From the NCBI GenBank assembly GCA_965203275.1, contig OZ241865.1, positions 64,001 to 128,000 on the forward strand: a stretch of DNA of 64,000 nucleotides, in the 5' to 3' direction. Both the position numbers and the translations under genes were made by a program. Under the pieces are notes generated by a model. It searched no databases, was not told the DNA's origin, and saw nothing but the letters and a program-made list of their open reading frames with translations. This document shows, piece after piece, positions 42,955-55,009 of the stretch (position 1 is its first letter; each line of letters opens with the position of its first letter). The DNA is from Bdellovibrionales bacterium. GTDB taxonomy: Bacteria; Bdellovibrionota; Bdellovibrionia; Bdellovibrionales; JAUICD01.

Positions 42955-43358
42955 TTTTCACTAAAAATAAACCAGCCTCTGTTTCACTCAAAGTGAACTG
43001 GCCTCTGGCCACTTTTGGACAATGACCGCAAAGGCTTTCGCCTTTGACAAAATGGTCATTGTCTCAAAAGCCTGTTCACTTTGAGTAGGGAGGATCTCTT
43101 CGTTTCTTAACACCATGTTAAGGAAAATATCCTTCTAATACCAGTTAGCCCGACGGCTACCGCCGTCGATCAAAGGCTAACCGCCTCAAAAGCTTGTTCA
43201 ATTTTAGGAAGGAGGATGTCCTCATTTCTTAACACAATGTTAAGGAAAAAGTTCATTCTTACACCTCTCGACTGTCGTCGTCGATCAAAGGCTAACTCCC
43301 TCAAAAGCTTGTTCAATTTTAGTAAGGAGGATGTCCTCATTTCTTAACACAATGTTAA
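42955..43358 (-). repeat. family A cluster (minus-strand units)
   Basis: Full unit ~42981-43126 plus partial units. Confidence 0.9.
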
Positions 43359-43972
43359 TAAGGAAAATGCACCTTTTTCTTTCCACTATTCATATTATAA
43401 CTGCCAAGGCACGCATTCCAGTAATATCTGCACATCTCTTCATGATATTTCTTTTGTAACTGCCATATCTTTCGTGCAGAAGTGCCAAAGTATTGACCAT
43501 TGCCAGAGAGTACAGTATTGCCACCAATCCTAGCATCACCAGCGACAATAACACTGCCACGGACCTGAGCATTGCCAGCAACCACAGCTTCACCAGCAAC
43601 TACAGCATTGCCAGAAATCACAGAATTACCAGAGACCCTAGACCTGCTAAAGATCCTAGCACCGCCACGGACAGTAGCATCTTCAGAAACCTCAGCTTCG
43701 CCATTGACAGTAGCATTTTCAGAAACCCTAGCATTGTTATGGACCAGAGCATAGTCCAAAATCTTAGCATTGTCAGAGACCTGAGCATAATCGCAAACAG
43801 TAGCATGTGGCCCTACAAAAACTGTTGCGTCTACCAAAGCTGTATTGGCTACAAACCCACCACCACGATGTATATAGCCTTCAACACCTTCACCACAAGG
43901 TGTGTTTGCTAAAGCAAATACATTCAATGACATACTCAATAAAAATACCATTATTACATTTATAAACTTCAT
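43355..43972 (-). CDS. secreted left-handed beta-helix (hexapeptide repeat) protein
   Basis: Signal peptide; GGFVANTALV; AxVxxN hexapeptide repeats. Confidence 0.8.
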   Translation of the reverse strand: MKFINVIMVFLLSMSLNVFALANTPCGEGVEGYIHRGGGFVANTALVDATVFVGPHATVCDYAQVSDNAKILDYALVHNNARVSENATVNGEAEVSEDATVRGGARIFSRSRVSGNSVISGNAVVAGEAVVAGNAQVRGSVIVAGDARIGGNTVLSGNGQYFGTSARKIWQLQKKYHEEMCRYYWNACLGSYNMNSGKKKVHFPY

Positions 43973-44604
43973 AAGTCCTCCTTCTTGTTCCTTGTTCGTT
44001 CATAATGATTCATACATAATTCATGGCAAGAAATACCGATTAATACATTCTTTGTCAATACATTTCTTAAGAGAATCTACTTATACTTTTAAGAAAATTT
44101 ACTTATAGGTGAATCCCATAAGAGCTATATCCACTGTGCTTTTTATTTTCTTTCAGAATGTCAAACTTTTTAAGGTTTTTTGCTGTACGTCAAGATATTC
44201 AAAAATAAGGAAAAACGTATCCATCTCTGGCTTGCAGACCCATAGAGGCTGACAAGTGTTTTAGAGAATGTGGCAGGTTTTTTACACTTTAATCTTGATC
44301 TTAATGATCAACCCCTCTATATAAAATCTCTGAAATCATATTTGCTTTGCTATTTTTGCCTTTTTTGCTTTTCTTAAAGAAGCTTTTTAAAAAGCCCAAA
44401 AACAATTAATACAATCTCTTTTTTTATTAATTCAAGGCAAAAAGGTTTAACAGCCCTTTTGTTTTTACGTAATGAATAGCAAAATAAGATTTTTTTTGCA
44501 TATTCAGTTTTTTTATTTATGATTTACTTTTTTCTTGCTTTCTTTTAAAAATAATCCTATAACTTAAGATAAGCATTTTAGAGTATTTTAGAAACATCAA
44601 CTCA

Positions 44605-44790
44605 ATGGAGGGTTTTATGGATACTAAAGATATCACAAAAAAGGCAATAGCTACTATAGAGAAATCAGTCTTAGAGAAATGTGGCGGTGATCAGTCCAAA
44701 GCAGATGCTATAATAAAAGAAGTCAAAAAGAATCTTGATACAAATTCCATTTGGCAGACAGTATTTAATTCACCAGATCCAGATAAATAA
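44605..44790 (+). CDS. small hypothetical protein
   Basis: Short ORF; GGAGG before the second ATG; apparent pair with 44806. Confidence 0.45.
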   Translation: MEGFMDTKDITKKAIATIEKSVLEKCGGDQSKADAIIKEVKKNLDTNSIWQTVFNSPDPDK

Positions 44791-44805
44791 CATACGAAGG
44801 GTTGC

Positions 44806-45141
44806 ATGGATAAAAAAGAAGAAATACAAATAAAAACGTGTTTGGATATACTTGAAGCACATTGTGAGTATCATAATAAATGTTATGATCTTTTAAATAA
44901 CGTTGTTAGCAAAACATACTATTCTTCACCAGATGACGATAGCCTTGTTGATAGCTTTAATAAAGATGAGCTAAAAATTTACCTGTTGTTAGGACTCATA
45001 GCTAATGTTCTTACAAAGAATGATATAGCTCCACATATTTTCTTACTAAAGATTATCGAATTTCTTGAAGAACATGGAGTAAAAGCACTAAGTAAAAAGC
45101 CCTTACAATCATCTAAATTGAGAGTCTTTAATAAAAGTTAA
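44806..45141 (+). CDS. hypothetical protein
   Basis: 111-aa ORF preceded by GAAGG. Confidence 0.55.
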   Translation: MDKKEEIQIKTCLDILEAHCEYHNKCYDLLNNVVSKTYYSSPDDDSLVDSFNKDELKIYLLLGLIANVLTKNDIAPHIFLLKIIEFLEEHGVKALSKKPLQSSKLRVFNKS

Positions 45142-45155
45142 AAGATATCGCGTTT

Positions 45156-45692
45156 GTTTCACTAAAAGTAAACTGACCTCTGGTCACTTTTGGGTTGCCA
45201 GCCGAAGGCTATTCGCCTTCTTATCTTTTTCACTAAAAATAAACCAGCCTCTGTTTCCCTAAAATTGAACTAGCCGTCATTTTCACTCAAAATGCATCAT
45301 GCCTCTGGCATGTTTTTGGGCAATGACCGCAATGGCTTTCGCCATTGACAAAATGGTCATTGCCTCAAAAATCTATGCATTTTGAGTAGGGAGGATCTCC
45401 CTGTCTCTTGACACCATGTTAAGGAAAATATCCTTCTAATAGTTTGCCCGACGGCTACCGCCGTCGATCAAAGGCTAAGCTGTTTCACTAAAAGTGGTCT
45501 AGCCTCTGGCTACTTTCTGGCAATGACCGCAATGGCTTTCGCCATTGGCAAAATGGTCATCGCCTAGAAAGCCTGACCACTTTTAGTAGGAGGATCCTTT
45601 CCTCTTTTAACATCATGTTAAGGAAACAAAATGCTTTCAAAATTATATTAAAAGAGCAATGCCTCAAAAATCTATGCATTTTGAGTGGAAAC
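45156..45692 (-). repeat. family A cluster (minus units and stuttered ends)
   Basis: Units ~45280-45427 and ~45482-45625, with partial ends. Confidence 0.9.
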
Positions 45693-45694
45693 AT

Positions 45695-47491
45695 TCAAGG
45701 ACTACTTGGAGCTGGTGAAGCTGTAGGTGTAGAAGCTGGAGAAGACGAAGCAGGGGCGGTAGCTACTGGCGAAGCTGGCGAAGCAGTCTTCAAAGTAACT
45801 GAAACAGCTACTATTTTAGATTCTTCTGCTCCACTCTTAGCTTGAACATGGAGATAATATTTTTGTGGAGATGAGCTGGTAGCTGTTTTTGTTGCAGTCA
45901 CAACATTAGCAAAAGCTTCATTGTTGACAAAAGGATTATACTCACTGATAGAGTAAGGGCTTGTGATATGATCAGGAAGACTTTGATTGAGCACAAAGCG
46001 ATATGTGCAGTCTTTTTTGGGGCAATCCCACTCCCAAGTCTTTGATGCTACTTCTTGAGTGTCATCTTTTAAGCCCTTAACATGTAGGCATGTGTAGTCG
46101 CTTGCATTAAAGGATTCATTGGCCTTGCCAAAATAACATTCATTACTAGAAGAAGGACAGTATTTAAAAAACTTGTGTGTATCTTCATTGAGTGTATTTG
46201 TAAGATCATTTGCATCTGTATTTGTAAAAGCATCCACATTCTTATCATTTTTCTTATCATCTTTATTATCTTCTTCTGGATCTATCTGTATATTACTCAC
46301 TTTAAAGTTTAAAAAATGTCTGTGTTCACAAGCTTGGAGATTTTCTGCTTGTAAAAAATCTGCATTTAAAAATTCATGCACTTCTGAGTCTCTGTCCAAC
46401 TGATTGCAATTTTGATATTGCAAAGGTTTTGCTAGTTGATATTGGTTGTTGTGTTTTTGATAAATTTTTGCATATTGACACGTATCTGCATGATAGCCAA
46501 TAACCACTTTAGGGTTTGTGTTAGAATGTCTTATTTTTTGATATCCGTATCTGTCAAATTCATCACCCTTCCGAGGTGCCAAATAAACATTTTCAGGATT
46601 TTCAGAATCTACAACTCTTAATTGAATCACAGGTTGTATGAGCTGGTCACTTCCTACAACAATGTATTCCTGCTGTCTATGAGAAATACACTCTTCATCT
46701 TCAAATTCGACAAAAGATTTTACAAATACAGGACCTTTAATATCTGTCCAATCAACACTTAAACTGCTATCATCACCCACAGCCAATAAATTGCTATCAA
46801 GAGCTACTTCATCGTCTTGTGTGACAGCCCATAAAAAGCTGTTGATAGTATCAGAATTTTGGCCATCATCTCTGAACACATTAAAAACAGATTGACTGCC
46901 TGATTTGAGAGTATTTCTTTCAAGTTCAATTTCTAAAGGAGGAGTTAAATCGCATTCTCCGACGACTAATGTTTTATGGACAGTACTAACTGAATCATCT
47001 GAGCCTTTTAAGTCTACTGAAATTTTATAAACACCTCTTTCTGAGAAAGTCCAGCTATAACTAGAAGTGGTTGTGACCTTATCTGTACTAGATTCATTGA
47101 CAATAGTTGACTCTTCAGGTGTTGTTTGACCCTGTGTCACCATTCCTAGCTTTTCAATAGTCCATGTAAACTGATTGTAATCCTCAAGCCTGATCTGTCC
47201 TCCAAACGTTTGTAATTTAATGGCAATAGCAGTATCTGTATCAAAATAATCCATTGGAGCATTTTCAGGATCACTTGCAAGGCTTGTCAGGATAGAAACA
47301 AGAGGTGAAGTGCTTGCAGGTTTAGGAGTAGGACTCTTAGAAGGAGCTGGAGAAGCGTTGGTAGATGGTTTGATTCCCTGCTCATATTTCTGTTGACCAC
47401 AGTTTTGAAATCCTATGATGAGAACAAATAAAAAAGCAAATAAAGATAAAGTTTTCCAACGACTTAGATGACTTTCTTTAAATAATTTCAT
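45695..47491 (-). CDS. lipoprotein with PKD/Ig-like segments and one Cys/Trp repeat domain
   Basis: AAGGAGG before ATG 47491; lipobox IGFQN-C; KTWEWDC...CTYRF...YYLHVQAK domain shared with 1251..4955; Pro/Ser/Ala tail. Confidence 0.8.
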   Translation of the reverse strand: MKLFKESHLSRWKTLSLFAFLFVLIIGFQNCGQQKYEQGIKPSTNASPAPSKSPTPKPASTSPLVSILTSLASDPENAPMDYFDTDTAIAIKLQTFGGQIRLEDYNQFTWTIEKLGMVTQGQTTPEESTIVNESSTDKVTTTSSYSWTFSERGVYKISVDLKGSDDSVSTVHKTLVVGECDLTPPLEIELERNTLKSGSQSVFNVFRDDGQNSDTINSFLWAVTQDDEVALDSNLLAVGDDSSLSVDWTDIKGPVFVKSFVEFEDEECISHRQQEYIVVGSDQLIQPVIQLRVVDSENPENVYLAPRKGDEFDRYGYQKIRHSNTNPKVVIGYHADTCQYAKIYQKHNNQYQLAKPLQYQNCNQLDRDSEVHEFLNADFLQAENLQACEHRHFLNFKVSNIQIDPEEDNKDDKKNDKNVDAFTNTDANDLTNTLNEDTHKFFKYCPSSSNECYFGKANESFNASDYTCLHVKGLKDDTQEVASKTWEWDCPKKDCTYRFVLNQSLPDHITSPYSISEYNPFVNNEAFANVVTATKTATSSSPQKYYLHVQAKSGAEESKIVAVSVTLKTASPASPVATAPASSSPASTPTASPAPSSP

Positions 47492-47593
47492 TATAAATTT
47501 CCTCCTTAAATACTCACTCAATTTATTTAAAAATCTCATTTTGACTGTTCAAAATGAGAAATTCTTTTATTTTTGTTTCTTATTGATACATTT

Positions 47594-47621
47594 TATTCGG
47601 TCAAAAATTTACAATACTTTA
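47594..47621 (-). promoter_or_regulatory. sigma28 (FliA)-type promoter
   Basis: TAAAGTAT-N12-ACCGAATA on the minus strand, ~100 bp upstream of the lipoprotein gene. Confidence 0.45.
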
Positions 47622-47912
47622 GTTTTTTTGATTAAATTTTACTTAAATTTATTTATTTCAGATAAATTTAGGATGATTTAGGATGATATTGCGACTTTGA
47701 ACCCCGCCCTAAGAAGAAAAAAGCTAAAAAATGATACTTTTTTAAGTATTTCCTTAATTACACAAAATATTCATAAAATGCTTCACCCTTGACTATGGTT
47801 TACAAATATCTAAAAAATATTTAGCTTTTAAGTAAAAGCAGTATAAAATATCGTAAATAAGATAAGTTTTCATCGTAAAGAATAAACAAAAGCATAAAAA
47901 ATAAAAGAGAGC

Positions 47913-50351
47913 ATGGCATTGGACTTTTTGAATAATATTCTCAATTCGTCTTGTTATATTGTAATAATCACCTTGTCTTTGGTGTTATTTTTTGGATATA
48001 AAGGCTTTCCCTTGATAACTTATGCTGTGGTTGTTTTAACTGCACTCTATTTAATGCAATGTCCTCTTTGGGTATTGCTTATTGTCGCTGTTATTTTCCT
48101 TATCTTTTTAATCAAGCCCATTCGCAGTGTTCTCATATCTGATTTTATTATGAAGTTTATTAAAAAGATTAATCTTATTCCTCAAATTTCACCCACTGAG
48201 CGTACTGCTATTGAAGCAGGCACATTATGGGTTGATAAAGATTTATTTTCTGGTAATCCTGATTATCAAAAACTCATGTCTGAAAGTTATCCTCAACTGA
48301 CAGAGCAGGAGCAAGCTTTTTTAGATGGGCCTGTCAATGAGCTGTGTCGTCTGACTAACAATTTTGATATTATTAATAAGAGAAGAATCCCTCAACCTGT
48401 GTGGGATTACATGAAGAAAGAAAAGTTCTTTGGCATGATTATTCCTCAAAAATACGGAGGATTAGGTTTTTCTGCTTTAGCTCACAGTGCTGTCATTGCA
48501 AAAATAAACTCTCGATCATCTGCTGTTGCTGTGACTGTTATGGTTCCAAATTCTTTAGGTCCAGCAGAACTTTTAATGCATTATGGGACAGAAGAGCAAA
48601 GGCAATATTATCTCCCTCGCTTAGCTGATGCTAGAGAGATCCCTTGCTTTGCATTGACAGAACCAGAAGCTGGTAGTGATGCTGGCTCTATTCAGTCTAC
48701 TGGAGTTGTCTTTAAAGGTGAGGATGATCAACTCTACATACGTCTTAATTGGAATAAGCGTTGGATCACATTGGCATCCATTTCTACAGTGATGGGCTTG
48801 GCCTTTCGTTTGAAAGATCCTGATCACTTATTAGGTGATAGGGAAGATATAGGAATTACTTGTGGGTTAATTCCTTCTAAAACAAAAGGAGTTACTTTGG
48901 GACGTCGTCATAATCCTATGGGTATACCATTTCACAACTGCCCCACACAAGGTCAAGATGTGGTTGTACCTATTGATGCTATTATTGGAGGCCGTCAAAA
49001 TGCAGGTAAGGGCTGGAGCATGTTGATGGAATCCCTGGGTGTAGGAAGGGGTATTTCCCTCCCTTCGCAGTTATGTGGTAGTTGTAAATTACTGACAAAA
49101 GTGGTATCTAGTCATGCTGTGATTCGTAAACAGTTTGGATACTCTATAGGCCAATTCGAAGGTGTCCAAGAGCATCTTGCTAGAATTGCTGCAAAGACTT
49201 ATATGATAGATGCTACAAGAATTTACACACAAGGAGCCTTAGATAGTGGAATCAAACCCGCTATCATTACAGCTATTGTCAAATACCAAACGACAGAGAT
49301 AGGACGTGATATAGTCAATGATGTGATGGATGTGATGGGTGGTGCTGGACTTTCCTTAGGACCTCGTAATTTGGTGGCTTCTTTTTACATTGTCAATCCT
49401 ATTGGAATCACAGTAGAAGGAGCCAATATTTTAACGCGTACATTGATGATTTTTGGTCAAGGAGCTATGCGAGCACATCCTTATGCCTTTCAAGAGATCA
49501 ATGCTTTAGAAAAAGGTAATTTAAAAGCATTTGATGAAGCATTTTGGAGTCATGTAGGCCATGTTGTACATAATTTATGTAGAAGTATTTGTTTGAGTTG
49601 GACAAGGGGTTTCATAGCAAAGTCTCATGGGGATGTTCATACAAAGAAATATTTTAAAAGGCTCTCATGGATATCAGCTTCTTTTGCTTTAATGACAGAT
49701 ATTGTGATGGCCCTTTTTGGTGGCACTCTTAAAAAGCGAGAGATGCTCACAGGTCGGTTTGCAGATATTTTGTCTCATTTATATATGGCAACAGCTGTAT
49801 TGAGACGTTATGAAGCAGAAGGTCGTCAAAAAGAAGATCTGCCTTTTATGCATTACAGTATAGCCTATTGTTTCAACCAAATACAAAAGGCTTTTGATGG
49901 TATTTTCCGTAATATAGATACCAAAGGCCTTGCTTGGTTTTTCAATGGTCCTTTACGTATATGGTCTGATGTCAATAGTGTGACAGAAAATATTAGCGAT
50001 GATCTCATTCGAAAGGTCACAAAAATTATTTTAACAGACACTTCTGCTAGAGAACGCCTCACACAAGGTGTTTACCTGCCTGATGATCGCAATCAACAAA
50101 TAGCCCGGTTGGAGTACGCTTTTAAGATGATCTTACAGTCAGAGAAAGCAGAACGTAAAGTAAGAAGTGCTATCAGGAAAAAGCAATTGCCTAAAAATAA
50201 GATACGCTTTGTCATTGATGAAGCTCTTGAAAAGAAAATTATTTCTCAAAAAGAATACAACGAATTAAAAGAATGTGCAAATATTCGATTAGATGCCATC
50301 CAAGTGGATTCCTTCACAGAAGAAGAATATCTTAACAATAATAATAGCTGA
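47913..50351 (+). CDS. fadE: membrane-anchored acyl-CoA dehydrogenase
   Basis: [48 protein letters not shown]-terminal AIQVD. Confidence 0.93.
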   Translation: MALDFLNNILNSSCYIVIITLSLVLFFGYKGFPLITYAVVVLTALYLMQCPLWVLLIVAVIFLIFLIKPIRSVLISDFIMKFIKKINLIPQISPTERTAIEAGTLWVDKDLFSGNPDYQKLMSESYPQLTEQEQAFLDGPVNELCRLTNNFDIINKRRIPQPVWDYMKKEKFFGMIIPQKYGGLGFSALAHSAVIAKINSRSSAVAVTVMVPNSLGPAELLMHYGTEEQRQYYLPRLADAREIPCFALTEPEAGSDAGSIQSTGVVFKGEDDQLYIRLNWNKRWITLASISTVMGLAFRLKDPDHLLGDREDIGITCGLIPSKTKGVTLGRRHNPMGIPFHNCPTQGQDVVVPIDAIIGGRQNAGKGWSMLMESLGVGRGISLPSQLCGSCKLLTKVVSSHAVIRKQFGYSIGQFEGVQEHLARIAAKTYMIDATRIYTQGALDSGIKPAIITAIVKYQTTEIGRDIVNDVMDVMGGAGLSLGPRNLVASFYIVNPIGITVEGANILTRTLMIFGQGAMRAHPYAFQEINALEKGNLKAFDEAFWSHVGHVVHNLCRSICLSWTRGFIAKSHGDVHTKKYFKRLSWISASFALMTDIVMALFGGTLKKREMLTGRFADILSHLYMATAVLRRYEAEGRQKEDLPFMHYSIAYCFNQIQKAFDGIFRNIDTKGLAWFFNGPLRIWSDVNSVTENISDDLIRKVTKIILTDTSARERLTQGVYLPDDRNQQIARLEYAFKMILQSEKAERKVRSAIRKKQLPKNKIRFVIDEALEKKIISQKEYNELKECANIRLDAIQVDSFTEEEYLNNNNS

Positions 50352-51973
50352 TGAGAGATATGATCACCAAAGTTAAAGGTTTGAGTGTTGGAGAAAAAAT
50401 GGAAGATTCTGATAATTATAAAATAAAACCTGTGAAATCTTATTATGATCAAAAAAACTTAGAAAATTTATACCACAATCCTCATCAAGTTCCTGGTCAA
50501 TATCCTTTTTTAAGAGGCATTCATCCTGACATGTACAAGGGTCGCTTATGGACTATGAGACAATACGCTGGTTTTGCTGATGCTCAAACAAGCAATAAAC
50601 GTTACCATGCTCTTTTAAAAAATGGACAAACAGGATTGAGCATTGCTTTTGATCTGCCTACTCAAATGGGTTATGACTCTGACCATCCAATGGCTCAAAG
50701 TGAAGTTGGTCTGGTGGGAGTTGCTATATGTACTCTGGAAGATATGGAAATGCTTTTAAAAGATTTGCCTTTGGATTCTATTTCAACATCTATGACGATC
50801 AATGCCACAGCTGCTATTTTATTAGCCTTTTATATTGCAGTTGCTAAAAAACAAAATATTTCTTTTTCAAAATTAAGAGGTACAATTCAAAATGATATTC
50901 TCAAAGAGTACATTGCAAGAGGGACTTACATTTATCCTCCTCAACCTAGTTTGAGAATCATCACTGATATTTTTAAATACTGTCAAAATCAAAATTTTAA
51001 TACCATAAGCATTTCTGGCTATCATATTAGGGAGGCTGGTAGTAGTGCAGCTCAGGAGCTTGCTTTCACTCTAGCTAATGGCATCACATACGTAGAAGCT
51101 GCCTTAAAGGCAGGTTTAACTATTGATGAGTTTGCCCCTCGATTAAGTTTTTTCTTTAACATTCACAATCACTTTTTAGAAGAAATAGCTAAACTAAGAG
51201 CTGCTAGAGTCCTTTGGGCAGACATTATGAAAAATCGGTTTAAGGCACAAAATCCTAAGTCTCAAACATTGCGATTCCATGCTCAGACAGCAGGCTCTAC
51301 CTTGACCGCTCTACAACCTTACAATAATATTGTTAGGGTAGCTTTGCAAGCTATGGCTGCTGTCTTAGGTGGTACGCAAAGCTTACACACCAATGCTATG
51401 GATGAAGCATTAGGGATACCCACACAACAATCTGCCACAATTGCTTTGAGAACTCAGCAAATTATTGCCCATGAAACAAATGTCATAGAGACATCTGACC
51501 CACTTGGAGGCTCTTATTATATAGAGGCTTTAACTTCAGAACTCATCAAAGAAGCTCAAAGTTATATTCAAAGGATTGAAAGTTTAGGAGGAGTTGTCTC
51601 TTGTATTGAATCAGGCTGGATACAAAATCAAATCCAAGCAGAAGCTTATAAAACACAAAAAGCCTTCGAAGAAAAATCTCAAATACACATAGGAGTTAAT
51701 GCTTTCACCACAGAAGAAAACTTCAAACCAGAAACTTTAAAGATAGATCCTTTAATTCAAGCAGAACAAATAGCTCGCATAAAAGCTTTTAAAGCTAGGA
51801 GGGATCCTCAAAAAGTCCATCAACAATTAGAAAAAATTTATAATGTTGCTAATTCTAAAGAAAATTTAATGCCTGTTTTAGTAGAAGCTGTAGAAAACTC
51901 TATCACACTTGGAGAAATTTCTTCTGCTTTGGAAAAAGTATTCCACAGATATCAAGAAGTGATTACTTTTTGA
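50351..51973 (+). CDS. methylmalonyl-CoA mutase family, substrate-binding large subunit (no B12-binding domain)
   Basis: [53 protein letters not shown]. Confidence 0.9.
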   Translation: MRDMITKVKGLSVGEKMEDSDNYKIKPVKSYYDQKNLENLYHNPHQVPGQYPFLRGIHPDMYKGRLWTMRQYAGFADAQTSNKRYHALLKNGQTGLSIAFDLPTQMGYDSDHPMAQSEVGLVGVAICTLEDMEMLLKDLPLDSISTSMTINATAAILLAFYIAVAKKQNISFSKLRGTIQNDILKEYIARGTYIYPPQPSLRIITDIFKYCQNQNFNTISISGYHIREAGSSAAQELAFTLANGITYVEAALKAGLTIDEFAPRLSFFFNIHNHFLEEIAKLRAARVLWADIMKNRFKAQNPKSQTLRFHAQTAGSTLTALQPYNNIVRVALQAMAAVLGGTQSLHTNAMDEALGIPTQQSATIALRTQQIIAHETNVIETSDPLGGSYYIEALTSELIKEAQSYIQRIESLGGVVSCIESGWIQNQIQAEAYKTQKAFEEKSQIHIGVNAFTTEENFKPETLKIDPLIQAEQIARIKAFKARRDPQKVHQQLEKIYNVANSKENLMPVLVEAVENSITLGEISSALEKVFHRYQEVITF

Positions 51974-51984
51974 AAGGATACATT

Positions 51985-53154
51985 ATGAATGTAGGGATTT
52001 TAGGAGGAGGACAGTTAGCCTTAATGCTTTGTGAAGCAGCTAACAAGCTTAGACTAAAAACCCTTTGTTTAGCTTCATCTCACAGTCCTGCAAGTTATGT
52101 ATCAGAGACAACAGAGGACATGCAAAAACTTATAGCTCACAGTCAAGTGATTGCAATAGAAAATGAATTTCTTAAAGATGAAGATGCTCATTTACTGCAA
52201 GAAGCTCCTATAAAACCAAACCTGCAAACCATCCAGCTTTTTAGCAATAAGTTAGAACAAAAAAAGCTTTTAGATTATGTTGGGTTACCCACAAGTCATT
52301 ATATAGAAAAGCCTCTTGCCCTCTCAGCAAAAGTTTGGGTGCCAGAGGTCAGAGAAAAGTTTTTAAAAGGTGTAGTGATCAAATGGGGGCGAATGGGCTA
52401 TGATGGCTTGGGGACTTATTTTTTAAAAGATATCAGTGATGAAAAATCTGCTATAGATTTTGTTCATCAAGCTGATCAAAAGAATATCCCTGTCTATGCT
52501 GAAGAAATGGTTTTTTTTGATAAGGAAGTCGCTCAGGTCACAGCTTTTTCTGCTCTACAAAAAGAATTTTATCATTTTCCACTTGTGGAAACTATACAAG
52601 AAAAAGGCATTTGTTCTCGTGTTTATAATATGCCATTGGATGATTTTTCTAAAACTCTTGAGAAAAAGGCACAAGCTTATGCAGAAAAGCTAGCTTTATC
52701 TTCTCATCTGGTAGGAACTTATGCGATAGAATTTTTTTTAAAAGAGGGTGAACTTTTGATCAATGAAATTGCCCCACGGGTGCATAATTCAGGGCATTGG
52801 TCACAAATCTCTCGTTTTAGTCAATTTGAAGCTCATTGGCAAGCCTTGCTGGGAAGGTCCTTTCCAAAGCAAGTGATGTATCCTCCTTATTTTAGTATGC
52901 ATAATATTCTAGGCTTGCCCAAAATTTATAAAAATCTTTTAAAAGAAACCAAGAAGTATATTGATCTTAAGGGTAATCCTAGTGTATATTGGTATGGCAA
53001 GACAGAGATGCGTCCTCGGCGTAAACTAGGACATATTTGTTGTTTTGCAGATAACCGTAAAAAACTTGAAAGCATAGATAAAAAGGCAAAACAAATGAGA
53101 CAACAATTGCTTTTAGACATACAGAGAAAAGGCCTCTGCAATGAAAAAGCTTAA
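51985..53154 (+). CDS. purK: N5-carboxyaminoimidazole ribonucleotide synthase
   Basis: [28 protein letters not shown]...RRKLGH. Confidence 0.93.
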   Translation: MNVGILGGGQLALMLCEAANKLRLKTLCLASSHSPASYVSETTEDMQKLIAHSQVIAIENEFLKDEDAHLLQEAPIKPNLQTIQLFSNKLEQKKLLDYVGLPTSHYIEKPLALSAKVWVPEVREKFLKGVVIKWGRMGYDGLGTYFLKDISDEKSAIDFVHQADQKNIPVYAEEMVFFDKEVAQVTAFSALQKEFYHFPLVETIQEKGICSRVYNMPLDDFSKTLEKKAQAYAEKLALSSHLVGTYAIEFFLKEGELLINEIAPRVHNSGHWSQISRFSQFEAHWQALLGRSFPKQVMYPPYFSMHNILGLPKIYKNLLKETKKYIDLKGNPSVYWYGKTEMRPRRKLGHICCFADNRKKLESIDKKAKQMRQQLLLDIQRKGLCNEKA

Positions 53155-53653
53155 GAAAACATCTGCTAAGGTGGCTATTATTATGGGAAGTTCTTCGGAT
53201 TTCCCTGTCATGAAGGAAGCAGGTGTAGCCCTTAAGAAACTTCAATGTAAGTATGCATTTTATGTTGTATCTGCTCATCGTACGCCAGAGTGGATGTTTG
53301 AATTTGCTAAGACAGCTCGTGTCAATGGTTTTCAGGTCATTATTGCAGGGGCAGGTAAGGCAGCTCATTTGCCAGGAATGGTTGCCTCTTTGACGGACTT
53401 GCCTGTGATTGGTGTCCCTGTCCCTGTGGGGGAGATGCAAGGTCAGGATGCTTTATTTTCTATCGTACAAATGCCCAAGGGAGTGCCTGTAGCCACTGTG
53501 GGCATAGGTAATAGTTATAATGCAGGATTATTAGCAGCTAAGATATTGGCATCAAGTTGCCTACAAGAAGATAGTGATTTATTCAAAAGATTAAATGCTT
53601 TAGCACAACAATCTCAAAAAGCAACCCTTAAAAAATCTCTCAAGGTGTTATAA
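53141..53653 (+). CDS. purE: N5-CAIR mutase
   Basis: [39 protein letters not shown]. Confidence 0.97.
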   Translation: MKKLKKTSAKVAIIMGSSSDFPVMKEAGVALKKLQCKYAFYVVSAHRTPEWMFEFAKTARVNGFQVIIAGAGKAAHLPGMVASLTDLPVIGVPVPVGEMQGQDALFSIVQMPKGVPVATVGIGNSYNAGLLAAKILASSCLQEDSDLFKRLNALAQQSQKATLKKSLKVL

Positions 53654-53902
53654 AATTTGGGTTTGATAGTTTTTGGTGGTTTTCTTAGTAGGTTGTAGGT
53701 TTTTTAAAAAAGTGCCTGAGTTTTTATCTTGCTTTTTTTATCAATCTTTTTTTTCATCAATTTTTCAGAAAAGTTAAATACATTTTGAGCATTTGCGATT
53801 GAAAAATACAATATAATAAGATAATTATAACACAACAGCTTTGTTCATAATATTATAAAGATATTTATTGACAAGATATTTTATTTCTACTATAGGTAGG
53901 TT

Positions 53903-54220
53903 ATGGTTATGGAAAAGTATAAACAGAAATACAATCAGTATTGGCTTCAAGTCAATGCTATTGCTAATAAGATAGAAAGCTGTGGGTATGATAGCAATGC
54001 AGCTGTCTGTGGTGTTCAATTCTATCTAAAAAGACAAGGTGATGTTTTTACAAGAATGAGTATAGAGGCAAGGCCATATATCAAAGAGCTGATTGATCTT
54101 GGCAATGAGATGCGAGAGCATCGGATCAATCCAGTGTGGTTTTATGAGGCTTGGAGAGTTGAAAGGTATAAATCACCAAAGCCATCAAAAAGAAATCCTG
54201 TCCCTGTCGTCACAACATAA
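53903..54220 (+). CDS. hypothetical protein
   Basis: 105-aa ORF downstream of a TTGACA/TACTAT-like promoter. Confidence 0.5.
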   Translation: MVMEKYKQKYNQYWLQVNAIANKIESCGYDSNAAVCGVQFYLKRQGDVFTRMSIEARPYIKELIDLGNEMREHRINPVWFYEAWRVERYKSPKPSKRNPVPVVTT

Positions 54221-54392
54221 TTTGAGTTTACTTTTTGAAAGCCAAGGGCTTTTTATTCTTGTTAAGATCACCTCATCACACAATGTTCTCTTTTTGAGAT
54301 AGAGGCCACTTTATAATTCCGGGCGTATGCTTTGTTTTATCATCACACAACGTTCTCTTTTTTTTAGAGGCTACCCTATAAATTTGATATGT

Positions 54393-54860
54393 GATGGTGA
54401 CCATTTTGCCAACGTGAAGTAAACATCTCTTGTTTCCTTAACATGTAGTTAAGAGATGAGGAGATCCTTCTTACTAAAAGTAAACGGATTTTTGAGGCAA
54501 TCAGCCTTTTATCGACGGCAAGAGCCCAAAGGTGTAAGAAGGAACTTTTTCCTTAACATGGTGTTAAAAAATGAGGAGATCCTCCTCTACTCAAAATGAG
54601 CAGTTTTTTGCGGCATTGCTCTTTTTAGACAGCGTAAGCTGTCAGAGCAATGCCCAAAAACACACCAGAGGTGTGGCTCATTTTGAGTGAAACAACTAAC
54701 TCCTTACTCAAAGTGAACAGGCTTTTGAGACGATGACCATTTTGTCAAAGGCGAAAGCCTTTGCGGTCATCGTCCAAAAGTGACCAGAGGTCAGTTCACT
54801 TTGAGTGAAACAAACTCCTTAACATGGTGTTTATCCGGGATCTGGGATCCCGTATCCCAG
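54393..54860 (+). repeat. family A cluster
   Basis: Units ~54548-54692 and ~54700-54811 are near-identical to the 5481 and 5186 units. Confidence 0.9.
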
Positions 54861-55009
54861 AAGGATGATCTTTGTAGAGAAGATCACAGGATAATACATA
54901 TCATTCTTAGAGCAGTTATAAGGCAGTTAAAAGTTATGACAAACAGAATATATTTGACTTAAGTGATTTTTTACTATTAAACTAAGATAATAAAAATGAG
55001 GTATACAAG

